49,620 nt of DNA. It comes from Patescibacteria group bacterium UBA2105 (GTDB lineage: Bacteria; Patescibacteriota; Minisyncoccia; Phycocordibacterales; UBA2100). The stretch's first letter is position 1, and the number at the start of each line of letters is the position of its first letter. The notes beneath the pieces are model-generated. The model was not told the origin of the DNA and did not search any database. It worked only from the letters and a program-made list of their open reading frames with translations. This document shows positions 16,864-26,683 of this stretch, one piece after another. The position numbers and the translations under genes were made by a program. The DNA lies in assembly GCA_002331495.1 (NCBI GenBank), contig DCYR01000006.1:1-49620 (forward strand). Reading direction: 5' to 3'.

Positions 16864-18534
16864 ATGGTCCGCGAAACTGTTACAAAGCTTGTGGCTGAAG
16901 CGCTACAAAAGATAGGCTTGGAGGGTGAGGTGGAGCTCGAACACCCTTCGGACCTCTCACATGGTGACTTTTCTTGCAATATTGCAATGGTACTGGCAAA
17001 GGAAACCGGAAAAAATCCTAGAGAACTTGCCGAAGAGGTTGTCCAAAATATTTCAGAGCACGAAGACATAGAAAAAGTAGAGGTGGCGGGCCCTGGGTTC
17101 ATCAACTTTCACCTCTCAGAAGATTTTTTCACAGAACAAACGGCGCACGTACTCAGCCAAGAAAAACAATGGGGCAACAGCGATAACCGGAAAGGGGAGA
17201 CGATTCTTCTAGAGCATAGCTCGCCAAATCTTTTTAAGCCGTTCCACATAGGGCATCTGGTAAACAACTCATTAGGCGAGGCTCTGGTGCGCATAATGCG
17301 AACAACGGGTGCTAATGTGATACCCCTCTCTTTTCCCTCGGATGTTTCTCCTGGGATAGCCAAAGCGGTATGGGGGGTACTCGACAAAGGGTGGGAGAAA
17401 GAAGTAACAATCGAGAAAATCGGGAAAGCCTACGCACATGGAGTACAGAGGTACGATGAGGACGAGAGAATTAAGGAGAGAATAGATGAGATAAACAAGT
17501 CTCTGTACAATCAAGAAAAGGGTACACCGGAATGGGAAGTGTACGAAAAAGGTAGGGGCATTTCGCTTGATTACTTTACGCAGATCACAACCAAGCTGGG
17601 CTCTGAGTTTGACGAATTAATTTTTGAGTCGGAGTCCGAGATAGAAGGAAAGAAAATAGTTACAAAAAATACACCGAAAGTTTTTGAAGAATCAGAAGGT
17701 GCGATAATTTTCAGGGGGTCAAAACATGGCTTGTTTGACAACGTGTTTATCAACTCCGCAGGTTTTGGCACCTACCTAACGAAGGACATCGGACTTCTGA
17801 GCTTGAAGTTTGGCAAGCATAGTTTTAACAAATCCATCACCGTCACTGATATAGAGCAAAAGCACCACTTTGAACTTGTAAAAAAAGTAGCCGAGTTTGT
17901 TGAGCCAAAGTGGGCAGAGAAGTCACTCTATATTCAACATGGACGCTTAGGCTTAACAAGTGGAAAGATATCATCTCGCACAGGTAATGTTCCGCTGGCA
18001 GAAGAGATACTGGATTCAGTAGAGGAGAGGGCACTTGAGAAAATGGCTGAAAGCGGACGGGAAAAGGGTAAAGAAACGGCAAAACAAGTTGCGATCGCAG
18101 CACTCAAATACGCAATTGTGCGCGTTGGCATGGGCAAGAACATAACGTTTGATATAGAGAGCTCGCTTTCATTTGAAGGCGACACTGGCCCGTACTTACA
18201 ATATACTCACGCACGTGCACGTTCTATCTTGCGCAAAGCCGAGGAGCAGAGGGATGACTCGGTGAATAGGGGCGGATTGGCAGTAACTAATATTGAAAGA
18301 TTGCTATACAGATTTCCAAACGTATTGGCTCATGCTGCGAAAGAATACGAACCGCACTATGTTGCAAATTACCTCTCGGAACTTGCGAGTACGTTTAACA
18401 CTTGGTACGCGCATGAACAGGTACTCGACGGAAGCACTGCGCAGGGGTACAAGCTGGCCCTAACACAAGCTGTAGCAACGACACTCAAGAATGGTCTTTG
18501 GACGTTGGGGATAGAAGCTCCGGAGAAGATGTAG
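16864..18534 (+). CDS. argS: Arginine--tRNA ligase
   Basis: HGDFSCN, AGPGFINF, PNLFKPFHIGH, KISSRTG and GDTGPYLQYTHAR motifs. Confidence 0.97.
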   Translation: MVRETVTKLVAEALQKIGLEGEVELEHPSDLSHGDFSCNIAMVLAKETGKNPRELAEEVVQNISEHEDIEKVEVAGPGFINFHLSEDFFTEQTAHVLSQEKQWGNSDNRKGETILLEHSSPNLFKPFHIGHLVNNSLGEALVRIMRTTGANVIPLSFPSDVSPGIAKAVWGVLDKGWEKEVTIEKIGKAYAHGVQRYDEDERIKERIDEINKSLYNQEKGTPEWEVYEKGRGISLDYFTQITTKLGSEFDELIFESESEIEGKKIVTKNTPKVFEESEGAIIFRGSKHGLFDNVFINSAGFGTYLTKDIGLLSLKFGKHSFNKSITVTDIEQKHHFELVKKVAEFVEPKWAEKSLYIQHGRLGLTSGKISSRTGNVPLAEEILDSVEERALEKMAESGREKGKETAKQVAIAALKYAIVRVGMGKNITFDIESSLSFEGDTGPYLQYTHARARSILRKAEEQRDDSVNRGGLAVTNIERLLYRFPNVLAHAAKEYEPHYVANYLSELASTFNTWYAHEQVLDGSTAQGYKLALTQAVATTLKNGLWTLGIEAPEKM

Positions 18535-18635
18535 ACAACCTGTGCATAGCACCCAAGAATTGGGGATAATTCTGTTGACAAGTACTATTGACACTTTCTA
18601 CAATGATGGCATCGCCTACAATGGGAGGAAAGCTC

Positions 18636-18836
18636 ATGATGTGTCGGAAAGAAGTGATTTTCACTCCCGGTCAACTTGTGGGAGCGATACGTGCACACGG
18701 CCTCCCAATAACACTGGAGGCAGCAGGATCGGGAGTGGAGACGTGCATCAGCAGTGTCTTCCAAGTTGCTCGAAAGAGCCGACGAATTCTGCAAGTCGCA
18801 CAGGTCATGGGTAACGGCCTTGTGATAAACGACTGA
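18636..18836 (+). CDS. Small hypothetical protein
   Basis: GGAGGA SD; upstream TTGACA-18 nt-TACAAT; 66 aa. Confidence 0.5.
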   Translation: MMCRKEVIFTPGQLVGAIRAHGLPITLEAAGSGVETCISSVFQVARKSRRILQVAQVMGNGLVIND

Positions 18837-18906
18837 GATGAGTAGTTCACTCGTCTCCACACCTCACAGCCGCCCGACCTTCGCTCTCGAGCGGCTTCCT
18901 TATCGC

Positions 18907-19524
18907 TCACAACCCGCTCTGGTTATCAAGGATACTCCAGATGGCACACGCCGCGTACGTTCTGTACGGCGACCAGTGCTGCGAAAGCTCCTCGATAACC
19001 TCAACGCTCGGCAAGTCGCTATGGCCATAGATCTTTTGGATGCCTTTCTTTAGGCCAAGGTCACCAGGGGAGAATATATCTTCGTGGCCCAGCGCAAACA
19101 TCAGAAACATATCGGCGCTCCACGGACCAATACCCTTGACGGCAAGAAGTTGTTCGCGAGCTTCATATTCGGCTGCCGTGCGTAGCGGAGCGAGGCGAAG
19201 CGAGCGGGAGGCGACACGTTCGCTCAGATCTTGCAGCGAGCGGATTTTTGCGAAAGACAGCCCGCTTTCGCGCATGTGAATGTCTGAGAGTTTAAGAATA
19301 TGTGCAGCGGTCGGTTTTCTTCGAGGGAAGAGGGAGCGAAACCTCTCCCAGATGGAGCGGGCAGCTTTACCCGAGAGCTGCTGCCCGACAATAGTACGAC
19401 ATAAGCTTCCAAAAAGGTCGCTCTTCACCTCTGGGCCGCCACGCAGGCCACCTTCAAACGAGATAATTGCCCCATAGAGTACGGGGTCGTGCTTCCTAAA
19501 ATGGTTGAGTACTTTTTGCGGCAT
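18907..19524 (-). CDS. DNA-3-methyladenine glycosylase II (AlkA, HhH-GPD family)
   Basis: IVGQQLS, HhH motif VKGIGPWSA, GDLG and WSPYRT. Confidence 0.93.
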   Translation of the reverse strand: MPQKVLNHFRKHDPVLYGAIISFEGGLRGGPEVKSDLFGSLCRTIVGQQLSGKAARSIWERFRSLFPRRKPTAAHILKLSDIHMRESGLSFAKIRSLQDLSERVASRSLRLAPLRTAAEYEAREQLLAVKGIGPWSADMFLMFALGHEDIFSPGDLGLKKGIQKIYGHSDLPSVEVIEELSQHWSPYRTYAACAIWSILDNQSGL

Positions 19525-19715
19525 GCAGGTACTGTATCACGTTGTGAAATACAGCCAGATTCTGCTAGGATAGCTCCTATGCCCGGTACCACAACTTCGA
19601 ATGCGAAGTTATTTTTTGGAAGTGTATGATAAAAGAATGTATGAAAGTATTACTAACAACAACCGAATACTTCCCTAGCCCGTACGAGGTGGGTTCGAAG
19701 TTGTGGTAACTGGGT

Positions 19716-22544
19716 ATGACTGCTGAGAAAAGCGACACAGCTAAGCGAGAGGAGGAAGTATTAAAGTTCTGGGAAGAGAGCGATATTTTCAATAAGTCCT
19801 TAGAGAAAGAGGCGCCCGAAGGCGACTATATTTTCTACGATGGTCCCCCATTTGCTACAGGCACACCACACTATGGGCACCTCGTAGCTAGCGCAATAAA
19901 AGACACGGTTCCGCGGTATTGGACTATGCGTGGCTATCGAGTGGAACGGCAGTGGGGATGGGACTGTCACGGCTTGCCGCTTGAGAACATTGTTGAGAAA
20001 GATCTAGGCATTTCCGGCCGTGCCGACATTGAAAAACTTGGCGTAAAGAAATTCAACGACACGTGCCGTGAAAAAATTGCAGAAGTGTCCGACGAGTGGG
20101 GGAACCTTATTCCGCGCTTTGGGCGTTGGGCCGACATGGACAAGCCATACCGCACCATGGACACAAGCTTCATGGAGAGCGAGTGGTGGGTGTTCAAAAC
20201 ACTCTACGATAAGGGCTTGGTATACGAAGACTACCGCTCAATACACATTTGTCCTCGATGTGAGACAACGTTGAGTCAAAGTGAGGTAACTGAAGGGTAC
20301 AAGACAATAAAAGACTTGGCAGTGACGGTTGAATTCCCACTTAAAGACGAAGAAGGCACATCGATGCTCGCGTGGACCACAACACCGTGGACATTGCCAG
20401 GCAACGTCGCGCTCGCAGTTGGTAATGACATCGACTACGTGACGGTAGAGAGCGGGGGGAAGAAATATATCTTGGCCAAAGAAACACTCGAATCAGTGTT
20501 TGGCGATACCAAATATGAAATAGTTGCAGAGGCGAGAGGGAAAGACCTCGTTGGAAAAGAGTACACTCCTCCGTTTAGCTCATATGTAGATGATGAGACG
20601 CTCGAGAACCGCCAGAACGCATGGAAAGTATACGCGGCGGACTTTGTAACAACCGACACGGGAACCGGGATTGCACACGAAGCACCGGCGTTTGGAGCAG
20701 AAGACATGGATTTAGCACAAGAGGTTGGCTTGCCGCTGATTCAGCATGTGGGCATGGATGGTGTCATCAAGCCCGAAGTTAAAGAGCTCGCTGGACGCTC
20801 GGTTAAGCCAATTGACGACCATCAATCGACCGATGTTGAAGTCATCAAATACCTAGCAGGGAAGGAGATTTTGTTTACTAAGGAGAAATACGAGCACTCG
20901 TACCCACACTGTTGGCGCTGCGACACGCCACTCATTAACTACGCAACCAGCTCGTGGTTTGTGGCCGTGGAGAAAATGAAAGACGATCTTCTCAAGTATG
21001 CAGAAGATATCTATTGGTCGCCGACACATATAAAGAAAGGACGATGGGGGAACTGGCTCGAGGGTGCGCGCGATTGGTCAATTTCGCGACAGCGCTACTG
21101 GGCAAACACTATTCCTGTGTGGCGATGTGAGAAATGTAGCAGCGAACAAGTATTCGGAAGCATAGCTGACCTAAAGGCAGCAAGTGGTGTTGAGGTGAGT
21201 GATTTGCATAAAGATGTTGTCGACGAAGTGGTGTATGCATGTGCATGTGGAGGAGAGATGCGTCGTGTACCGGACGTGCTCGACACGTGGTTTAACTCAG
21301 GCTCGGTACCGTTCGCATCGTACCACTACCCGTTTGAAAACGAAGACAAGGTAAACCAGCGAGTTCCTGCAGACTTTATCGCCGAAGGAGCAGACCAAAC
21401 ACGTGCGTGGTTCTACTACCAACACGTACTTGTTGGCGGGGCGTTTGGAAAACCAGCTTTCAAGAATGTAATCGTTAACGGAATGGTAATGGCAGAAGAC
21501 GGCAAGAAGATGAGCAAGAAGCTCAAAAACTACCCAGACCCGACGGATGTCATAAACAAACATGGGGCAGACGCGATGCGGCTCTACATGCTCAGCTCAC
21601 CAGTCGTGCGCACCGAAGACCTTAGCTTTAGCGAAAAAGAAGTTGGCGAGCTCTCTCGAAAGGTAATGGGCCGTCTTGTGAATGTGTATTCGTTCTACGA
21701 GTTGTATAAAGACTCGCTTGAACACCAAGTGAGTGACAGCAGCGAGAACGTGCTCGACAGATGGGTTATTGCGCGAATGTACCAAGTGCAGGGAGAGGTG
21801 ACCAAGGCGATGGATGCATACGAATTAGACCGCGCAACACGGCCTCTTATCGAGTTTGTTGATGACCTCTCAACGTGGTATGTACGTCGCTCGCGCGAGC
21901 GTTTCAAGGGGGACGAGGAAGAAGATAAAAAGGCAGCGTTGCAGACCTTGAAATGGGTGCTTCGTAAGTACGCAAAAGCAACAGCGCCGTTTACACCGTT
22001 TATTTCTGATTGGCTCTGGCCGAACGTTAAGAGAGATGTTGAACCTGAGAGTGTGCACCTAGACAAGTGGTGTACCGTGCAAGATGCTGATACTAAGATA
22101 CTGGAAGACATGAGCCGAACACGTGAAGTTGTTACCGCAGCTCTGGAGAAAAGAGCACAAGCAAACATCAAGGTGCGCCAACCACTAGCGTCGCTTACTA
22201 CGAGTGCAGTCCTTGCAGAGGAGTTCGCACAGATTGTTAAAGACGAAGTAAATGTGAAAGAAGTGATGACTGACGAATCGGCGGATGAACTGGCGCAACT
22301 CGATACAGAGATCACTCCTGAGCTCAAGGAAGAGGGAGAATTGCGAGAATTAGTGCGCACCATTCAAGACGCGCGCAAGGAAGCAGGCCTAGCTCCAGGA
22401 GAGGCTGCAAAAGGAACCATCTCTGGAATTTCTGAGACCCTGGCTCTTGCAGAGAAATTTAAAGACGAAATCCAAAAACAAACACAGGTGGAAATTGCGG
22501 CAGGAGGTGAACAAGAAGCGACAGCGGTCTCGATCACAAAGTAA
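19716..22544 (+). CDS. ileS: Isoleucine--tRNA ligase, type 2 (eukaryote-like)
   Basis: DGPPFATGTPHYGH, GWDCHGLP, WTTTPWTLPGN, HSYPHCWRC, DWSISRQRYW, KMSKK and KVRQPL motifs. Confidence 0.98.
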   Translation: MTAEKSDTAKREEEVLKFWEESDIFNKSLEKEAPEGDYIFYDGPPFATGTPHYGHLVASAIKDTVPRYWTMRGYRVERQWGWDCHGLPLENIVEKDLGISGRADIEKLGVKKFNDTCREKIAEVSDEWGNLIPRFGRWADMDKPYRTMDTSFMESEWWVFKTLYDKGLVYEDYRSIHICPRCETTLSQSEVTEGYKTIKDLAVTVEFPLKDEEGTSMLAWTTTPWTLPGNVALAVGNDIDYVTVESGGKKYILAKETLESVFGDTKYEIVAEARGKDLVGKEYTPPFSSYVDDETLENRQNAWKVYAADFVTTDTGTGIAHEAPAFGAEDMDLAQEVGLPLIQHVGMDGVIKPEVKELAGRSVKPIDDHQSTDVEVIKYLAGKEILFTKEKYEHSYPHCWRCDTPLINYATSSWFVAVEKMKDDLLKYAEDIYWSPTHIKKGRWGNWLEGARDWSISRQRYWANTIPVWRCEKCSSEQVFGSIADLKAASGVEVSDLHKDVVDEVVYACACGGEMRRVPDVLDTWFNSGSVPFASYHYPFENEDKVNQRVPADFIAEGADQTRAWFYYQHVLVGGAFGKPAFKNVIVNGMVMAEDGKKMSKKLKNYPDPTDVINKHGADAMRLYMLSSPVVRTEDLSFSEKEVGELSRKVMGRLVNVYSFYELYKDSLEHQVSDSSENVLDRWVIARMYQVQGEVTKAMDAYELDRATRPLIEFVDDLSTWYVRRSRERFKGDEEEDKKAALQTLKWVLRKYAKATAPFTPFISDWLWPNVKRDVEPESVHLDKWCTVQDADTKILEDMSRTREVVTAALEKRAQANIKVRQPLASLTTSAVLAEEFAQIVKDEVNVKEVMTDESADELAQLDTEITPELKEEGELRELVRTIQDARKEAGLAPGEAAKGTISGISETLALAEKFKDEIQKQTQVEIAAGGEQEATAVSITK

Positions 22545-22547
22545 CCC

Positions 22548-23120
22548 ATGGCTCACGTAGTGCACACAACACACGCACTGGTACTAGGCAGTGCTGACGT
22601 TCAAGACGCAGACAGACTTTTTTGGCTCTTAACGGAAGATCTCGGGCTTTTATTTGCTAGTGCCAAGAGCGTGCGCGAGGAAACTTCTAAATTGCGATAT
22701 GCGCTGCAAGATCTTTCTCAGCCACGCGTGTCTCTTGTGCGAGGTAGAGGACTATGGCGCCTCACAGGGGCTGAAGAAAATGGCGCGGAGAAACTAAACC
22801 TCGATGCTTCAAAAGTTTTTGGGCGCATCGCTGCACTAATACGCAGAGTAATGCCAACAGACGAAGATAACCCAGAGGTCTTTGCTGTAGTAATCAATGC
22901 GCGGAAGGCGCTTGCGCAGACAGAAGCAAACATACAGACAATCGAGCGCACCACAGTGGCCCGGGTACTGTACCAACTGGGGTACCTATCGTGTACTCGA
23001 GAATATCGTGGCATCGTTGATTCGCTCGATTACAGCGAAGAAGTGCTAGAGGGAGGAGATGCATTGGGGCAAAAACTCATCCACGATATAAACGCAGGAC
23101 TCGCAGAGAGCCAATTATAA
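22548..23120 (+). CDS. recO: DNA repair protein RecO (short form)
   Basis: RecO N-terminal OB-fold pattern (ADR...LTEDLGL...AKSVREETSKLR). Confidence 0.8.
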   Translation: MAHVVHTTHALVLGSADVQDADRLFWLLTEDLGLLFASAKSVREETSKLRYALQDLSQPRVSLVRGRGLWRLTGAEENGAEKLNLDASKVFGRIAALIRRVMPTDEDNPEVFAVVINARKALAQTEANIQTIERTTVARVLYQLGYLSCTREYRGIVDSLDYSEEVLEGGDALGQKLIHDINAGLAESQL

Positions 23121-23125
23121 GGGTG

Positions 23126-23204
23126 GTATACCCCCACACCTGTTTTTCTATGTGCACAAAGTGCACGACTTTGCCGTTTTAGAAAAACAGGTGTGGGGGT
23201 ATAC
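23126..23204. repeat. REP/MITE-like inverted-repeat element, copy 2 (perfect 25-bp arms)
   Basis: GTATACCCCCACACCTGTTTTTCTA-N29-TAGAAAAACAGGTGTGGGGGTATAC; internal GTGCAC-AAA-GTGCAC. Confidence 0.9.
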
Positions 23205-23211
23205 TTTTTAC

Positions 23212-25179
23212 ATGGATGTAGATGGAGTAAGGCCTCCTCAGTCTGGTGACGAACCTAAAAAACCGGAATTTGAGGATCCAGGGCGTATCGGTCGCCTTAA
23301 AGAGCAAATGTACTCGCGGGCAACACAGCCGGCGAATCGGCCACGACGTCCTCTCTCGAGTTTTAGTAGCAAAACGCCAGACGACTGGGGAGAGACACCG
23401 ATACCGCCGAGAAAAGAGTCGCTATTGCCACGGTCATATTCACTACCAAGCATACTCTTGATTATCGCAGCTCTTATTTTTGTAGTTGCAGGCGGTATGG
23501 CAATTTCGTTTTTGCTTACAGGTTCAAATATTGTAGCTTCGGACAAAATAGACATTGCCATAAATGGACCACGTACCATTGATGGGGGACAAGTACTCGA
23601 GTTGCAGGTAGCCATCCGCAACAATAACAATGCAACACTTGAGCTAGCGGATTTGGTAGTAACGTACCCGGAGGGGACACGTATGCCGACCGACGTTGCT
23701 TCAGTCATGGAGACACAACGTATTCCCTTGGGTTCGATAGAACCGGGAGGAACAAGGACGGGAACCATACGGGCAGTACTGTTTGGACGCGATGGAGAAC
23801 GACAAGACATACAGGTAGCACTTGAATATCGTTTGAGTGGCTCAAGTGCACTCTTTGTTGCTGAAGCCACTCATACAGTTCTTGTAGCCTCCGGAACACT
23901 TAAGATAGCACTTACAACAAACAAACAGGCTGTTGCAGGCCAGAGTATGGATATGACGGTTACTGTTACATCTCAAGCGAAGACTGTTGTTAGCGATGCC
24001 GTATTACGAGCTTCGTTTCCATTCGGATTTACGGTGACGAGCACATCTCCGGAGACTGAAACTGACGGCTTTTGGACTCTGGGCGACATTGAGCCGGGAG
24101 AGACACGAACTATTCGTATTTTAGGCCAGCTTGACGGGCAGACGGGAGATTCTCGTGTATTTAGATTTGTAGCAGGTACTCGCGATACGACCGCTACTAC
24201 ACTCGTTGATGTCGTGTTGGCTGAATTTGAACGCAAGGTCGAAGTGACACGACCATTCCTGGGCATGTCACTTCTCTATGGAAATGAGTATTCGGCAGAA
24301 GAATTTGTGGCACGTACAGGAGAGGCAGTCCCGATTGTGTTACGCTGGAAAAATAATCTCGATGTCGCACTCACTGATGTCGTAGTTGCCGCGACACTCA
24401 GTGGTTCGGGGTTTGACCCGTTCGGTATTGATGTAGACAAGGGCTTCTACCGATCGATCGACTCGGTTGCACTGTGGGACAAGACTACAACCAATGGCGA
24501 ATTAGAACTGGTTCCTGCAGGAGCAGAAGGAACATTGTTTCTTCGTCTAATACCTCGTATAGCTGACGACCTGTTATCGGTGCAGGATCCAACAGTTAAG
24601 ATTGAACTGCATGCGGCAGGGCAGCGACTTTCTGAGGGCAGTGTACCAGAAACTATTCAGGCAACCGTGAGCGAAGAGTTTAAGATAGCAACTAACCCCT
24701 CTTTAGCCGGTCGTGCGTTATATTTCGAAAATCCACTGGGGAGTGTCGGGCCACTGCCGCCTAAGGTTGAGAACGAGACTACATACGGCATTATTTGGGA
24801 AGTCTCAAACACGACCAATCTCGTTCGTGATGCAAAAGTAACAGCGACACTGCCGCCGTATGTGCGGTGGCTCGGCACCGTAAGTCCTTCCGTCGAGTAC
24901 GTCACTTTTAATGAAAATGACGGGACGGTCACATGGAACATTGGTAAGTTGCTTTCCGACACTGGAGTCAACGGTAGTTCACCGCGACGCGTAGTATTCT
25001 CCATAGGCTTAGTTCCAAGTACAAGCCAAGTCGGGAAGAGTCCACCTCTCATTCAAAACCAGCGACTCACGGGGTTGGACAACTTTGTTAACGAACCGGT
25101 TGAGGTTCAGGTCGGTGACCTCACAACACAATTAACCGAAACAGATTTTGCTGATATCTATGGCGTAATAGTCCCGTAG
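23212..25179 (+). CDS. Large single-pass membrane protein with tandem Ig-like (DUF11-like) beta domains
   Basis: One TM near the N-terminus; repeated W.LG.I.PG-type Ig motifs; start set at the ATG after TATACT. Confidence 0.8.
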   Translation: MDVDGVRPPQSGDEPKKPEFEDPGRIGRLKEQMYSRATQPANRPRRPLSSFSSKTPDDWGETPIPPRKESLLPRSYSLPSILLIIAALIFVVAGGMAISFLLTGSNIVASDKIDIAINGPRTIDGGQVLELQVAIRNNNNATLELADLVVTYPEGTRMPTDVASVMETQRIPLGSIEPGGTRTGTIRAVLFGRDGERQDIQVALEYRLSGSSALFVAEATHTVLVASGTLKIALTTNKQAVAGQSMDMTVTVTSQAKTVVSDAVLRASFPFGFTVTSTSPETETDGFWTLGDIEPGETRTIRILGQLDGQTGDSRVFRFVAGTRDTTATTLVDVVLAEFERKVEVTRPFLGMSLLYGNEYSAEEFVARTGEAVPIVLRWKNNLDVALTDVVVAATLSGSGFDPFGIDVDKGFYRSIDSVALWDKTTTNGELELVPAGAEGTLFLRLIPRIADDLLSVQDPTVKIELHAAGQRLSEGSVPETIQATVSEEFKIATNPSLAGRALYFENPLGSVGPLPPKVENETTYGIIWEVSNTTNLVRDAKVTATLPPYVRWLGTVSPSVEYVTFNENDGTVTWNIGKLLSDTGVNGSSPRRVVFSIGLVPSTSQVGKSPPLIQNQRLTGLDNFVNEPVEVQVGDLTTQLTETDFADIYGVIVP

Positions 25180-25339
25180 TCTTATGAAGTTTTGAAATCT
25201 GCGTACTATATTATTTGTTGTGCCCGAAAATTAACACCCGCCGTATAATACGCCTCGCGTTACTTACGATTCCCAAACTCTATTTCTTAAACATTTAAGA
25301 AGGCTGGTTTTCAAACAAAAAGCGTTTATAGTAAGCAGC

Positions 25340-26638
25340 ATGTCTGACGACAATACAATGGAGAAAATTGTGAGTCTTGCAAAGCGTCGGGGGTTCATTT
25401 TTCAAGGATCCGAGATTTATGGCGGCCTCGCTGGAACGTGGGACTATGGGCCGCTTGGAGTCGCGCTAAAAAACAATATAAAAGAACTCTGGTGGGACAT
25501 GTTTGTTGACCGTCGGGACGATATGTATGGCCTCGATACCGCTATTTTGATGAACGAGAAGGCGTGGGAAGCAAGCGGCCACACAGGGGCCGGTTTTACC
25601 GATCCGCTTGTGGAATGCGAGAAGTGCAAGAAGCGTTTTCGCGAAGACCACCTTAAGGACACAGCGAAATGCCCTGAGTGCGGAGGGGTTCTGGGTAACA
25701 AAAAGGATTTTAACCTGATGTTTGAGACACGAGTGGGGGCGCAGGGAGATATGAAGAGCTTTCTTCGCCCGGAAACTGCGCAGGGGATTTTTGTGAATTT
25801 CAAAAATGTCGTCGACACTATGCGACCAAAACTACCGTTTGGTATTGCGCAAATAGGGAAAGCGTTTCGCAACGAAATAGCTCCACGTGACTTCATTTTT
25901 CGTACACGCGAGTTTGAACAAATGGAGATCGAATACTTTATAGATGGGCAGTATTGGGAGCAGGAGTTTGATAAATGGCGCGAGGCAGTGTGGGCATGGC
26001 TCAAGGCTCTCGGTCTCTCTGAGGAGAACATTAAGGAGTACGACGTTCCCGCAGACGAGCTGGCACACTACTCAAAAAGGACTATAGACTTCGAGTACAA
26101 CTACCCCGGGAAAGGGCACGATGAGCTACTGGGGCTTGCGTACCGTACCGACCACGATCTCAAGAGCCACATGGAGGCAAGTGGCGAGAAACTCGTATAC
26201 ACACCAGCCGAAGGAGAGCCGTTTACTCCACACGTTATTGAGCCTTCCTTTGGAGTCGACCGCACGGTGATGGCTGTACTCTCTGAAGCGTATACCGAGG
26301 ACAAGATGGACGGTGAGACGCGGGTGTTCCTTAAGCTCAAGCCAGAGCTCGCTCCGGTAAAGGTTGCGGTATTTCCGCTATTGAAGAACCGACCTGAGCT
26401 TTTAGAAAAAGCATGGGACATATACACAGAGCTTAAAAAGACCATTCCACAGATACTATTTGACGACAACGGAAACGTCGGAAAGCGATATCGACGACAG
26501 GATGAAATCGGTACGCCGTGGTGTGTCACTGTCGACTTTGATACCCTTGAAGACAATACTGTTACGGTTCGCGATCGTGATACAGGAGAGCAGAAACGGG
26601 TTGCTCTCATAGACCTGGTTACTGTTATTAGAGTGTAG
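25340..26638 (+). CDS. glyQS: Glycine--tRNA ligase, alpha2 (homodimeric) type
   Basis: LAKRRGF, LRPETAQGIF, GKAFRNEI, FRTREFEQME, IEPSFGVDR and GKRYRRQDEIGTP motifs. Confidence 0.98.
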   Translation: MSDDNTMEKIVSLAKRRGFIFQGSEIYGGLAGTWDYGPLGVALKNNIKELWWDMFVDRRDDMYGLDTAILMNEKAWEASGHTGAGFTDPLVECEKCKKRFREDHLKDTAKCPECGGVLGNKKDFNLMFETRVGAQGDMKSFLRPETAQGIFVNFKNVVDTMRPKLPFGIAQIGKAFRNEIAPRDFIFRTREFEQMEIEYFIDGQYWEQEFDKWREAVWAWLKALGLSEENIKEYDVPADELAHYSKRTIDFEYNYPGKGHDELLGLAYRTDHDLKSHMEASGEKLVYTPAEGEPFTPHVIEPSFGVDRTVMAVLSEAYTEDKMDGETRVFLKLKPELAPVKVAVFPLLKNRPELLEKAWDIYTELKKTIPQILFDDNGNVGKRYRRQDEIGTPWCVTVDFDTLEDNTVTVRDRDTGEQKRVALIDLVTVIRV

Positions 26639-26683
26639 CCGTTCGGGCTATATATTGCGGGCTAAGTAAGCTATACTGGCTCC

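Noticed and set aside
18838-19053. 71-aa + strand ORF
   Set aside because: Overlaps the conserved alkA 3' end antisense by 147 nt; probably a shadow ORF
23152-23211. N-terminal extension of the Ig-domain ORF (LEKQVWGY), echoed in short ORFs near 4669-4760
   Set aside because: This is translation of the inverted-repeat element, not a protein motif
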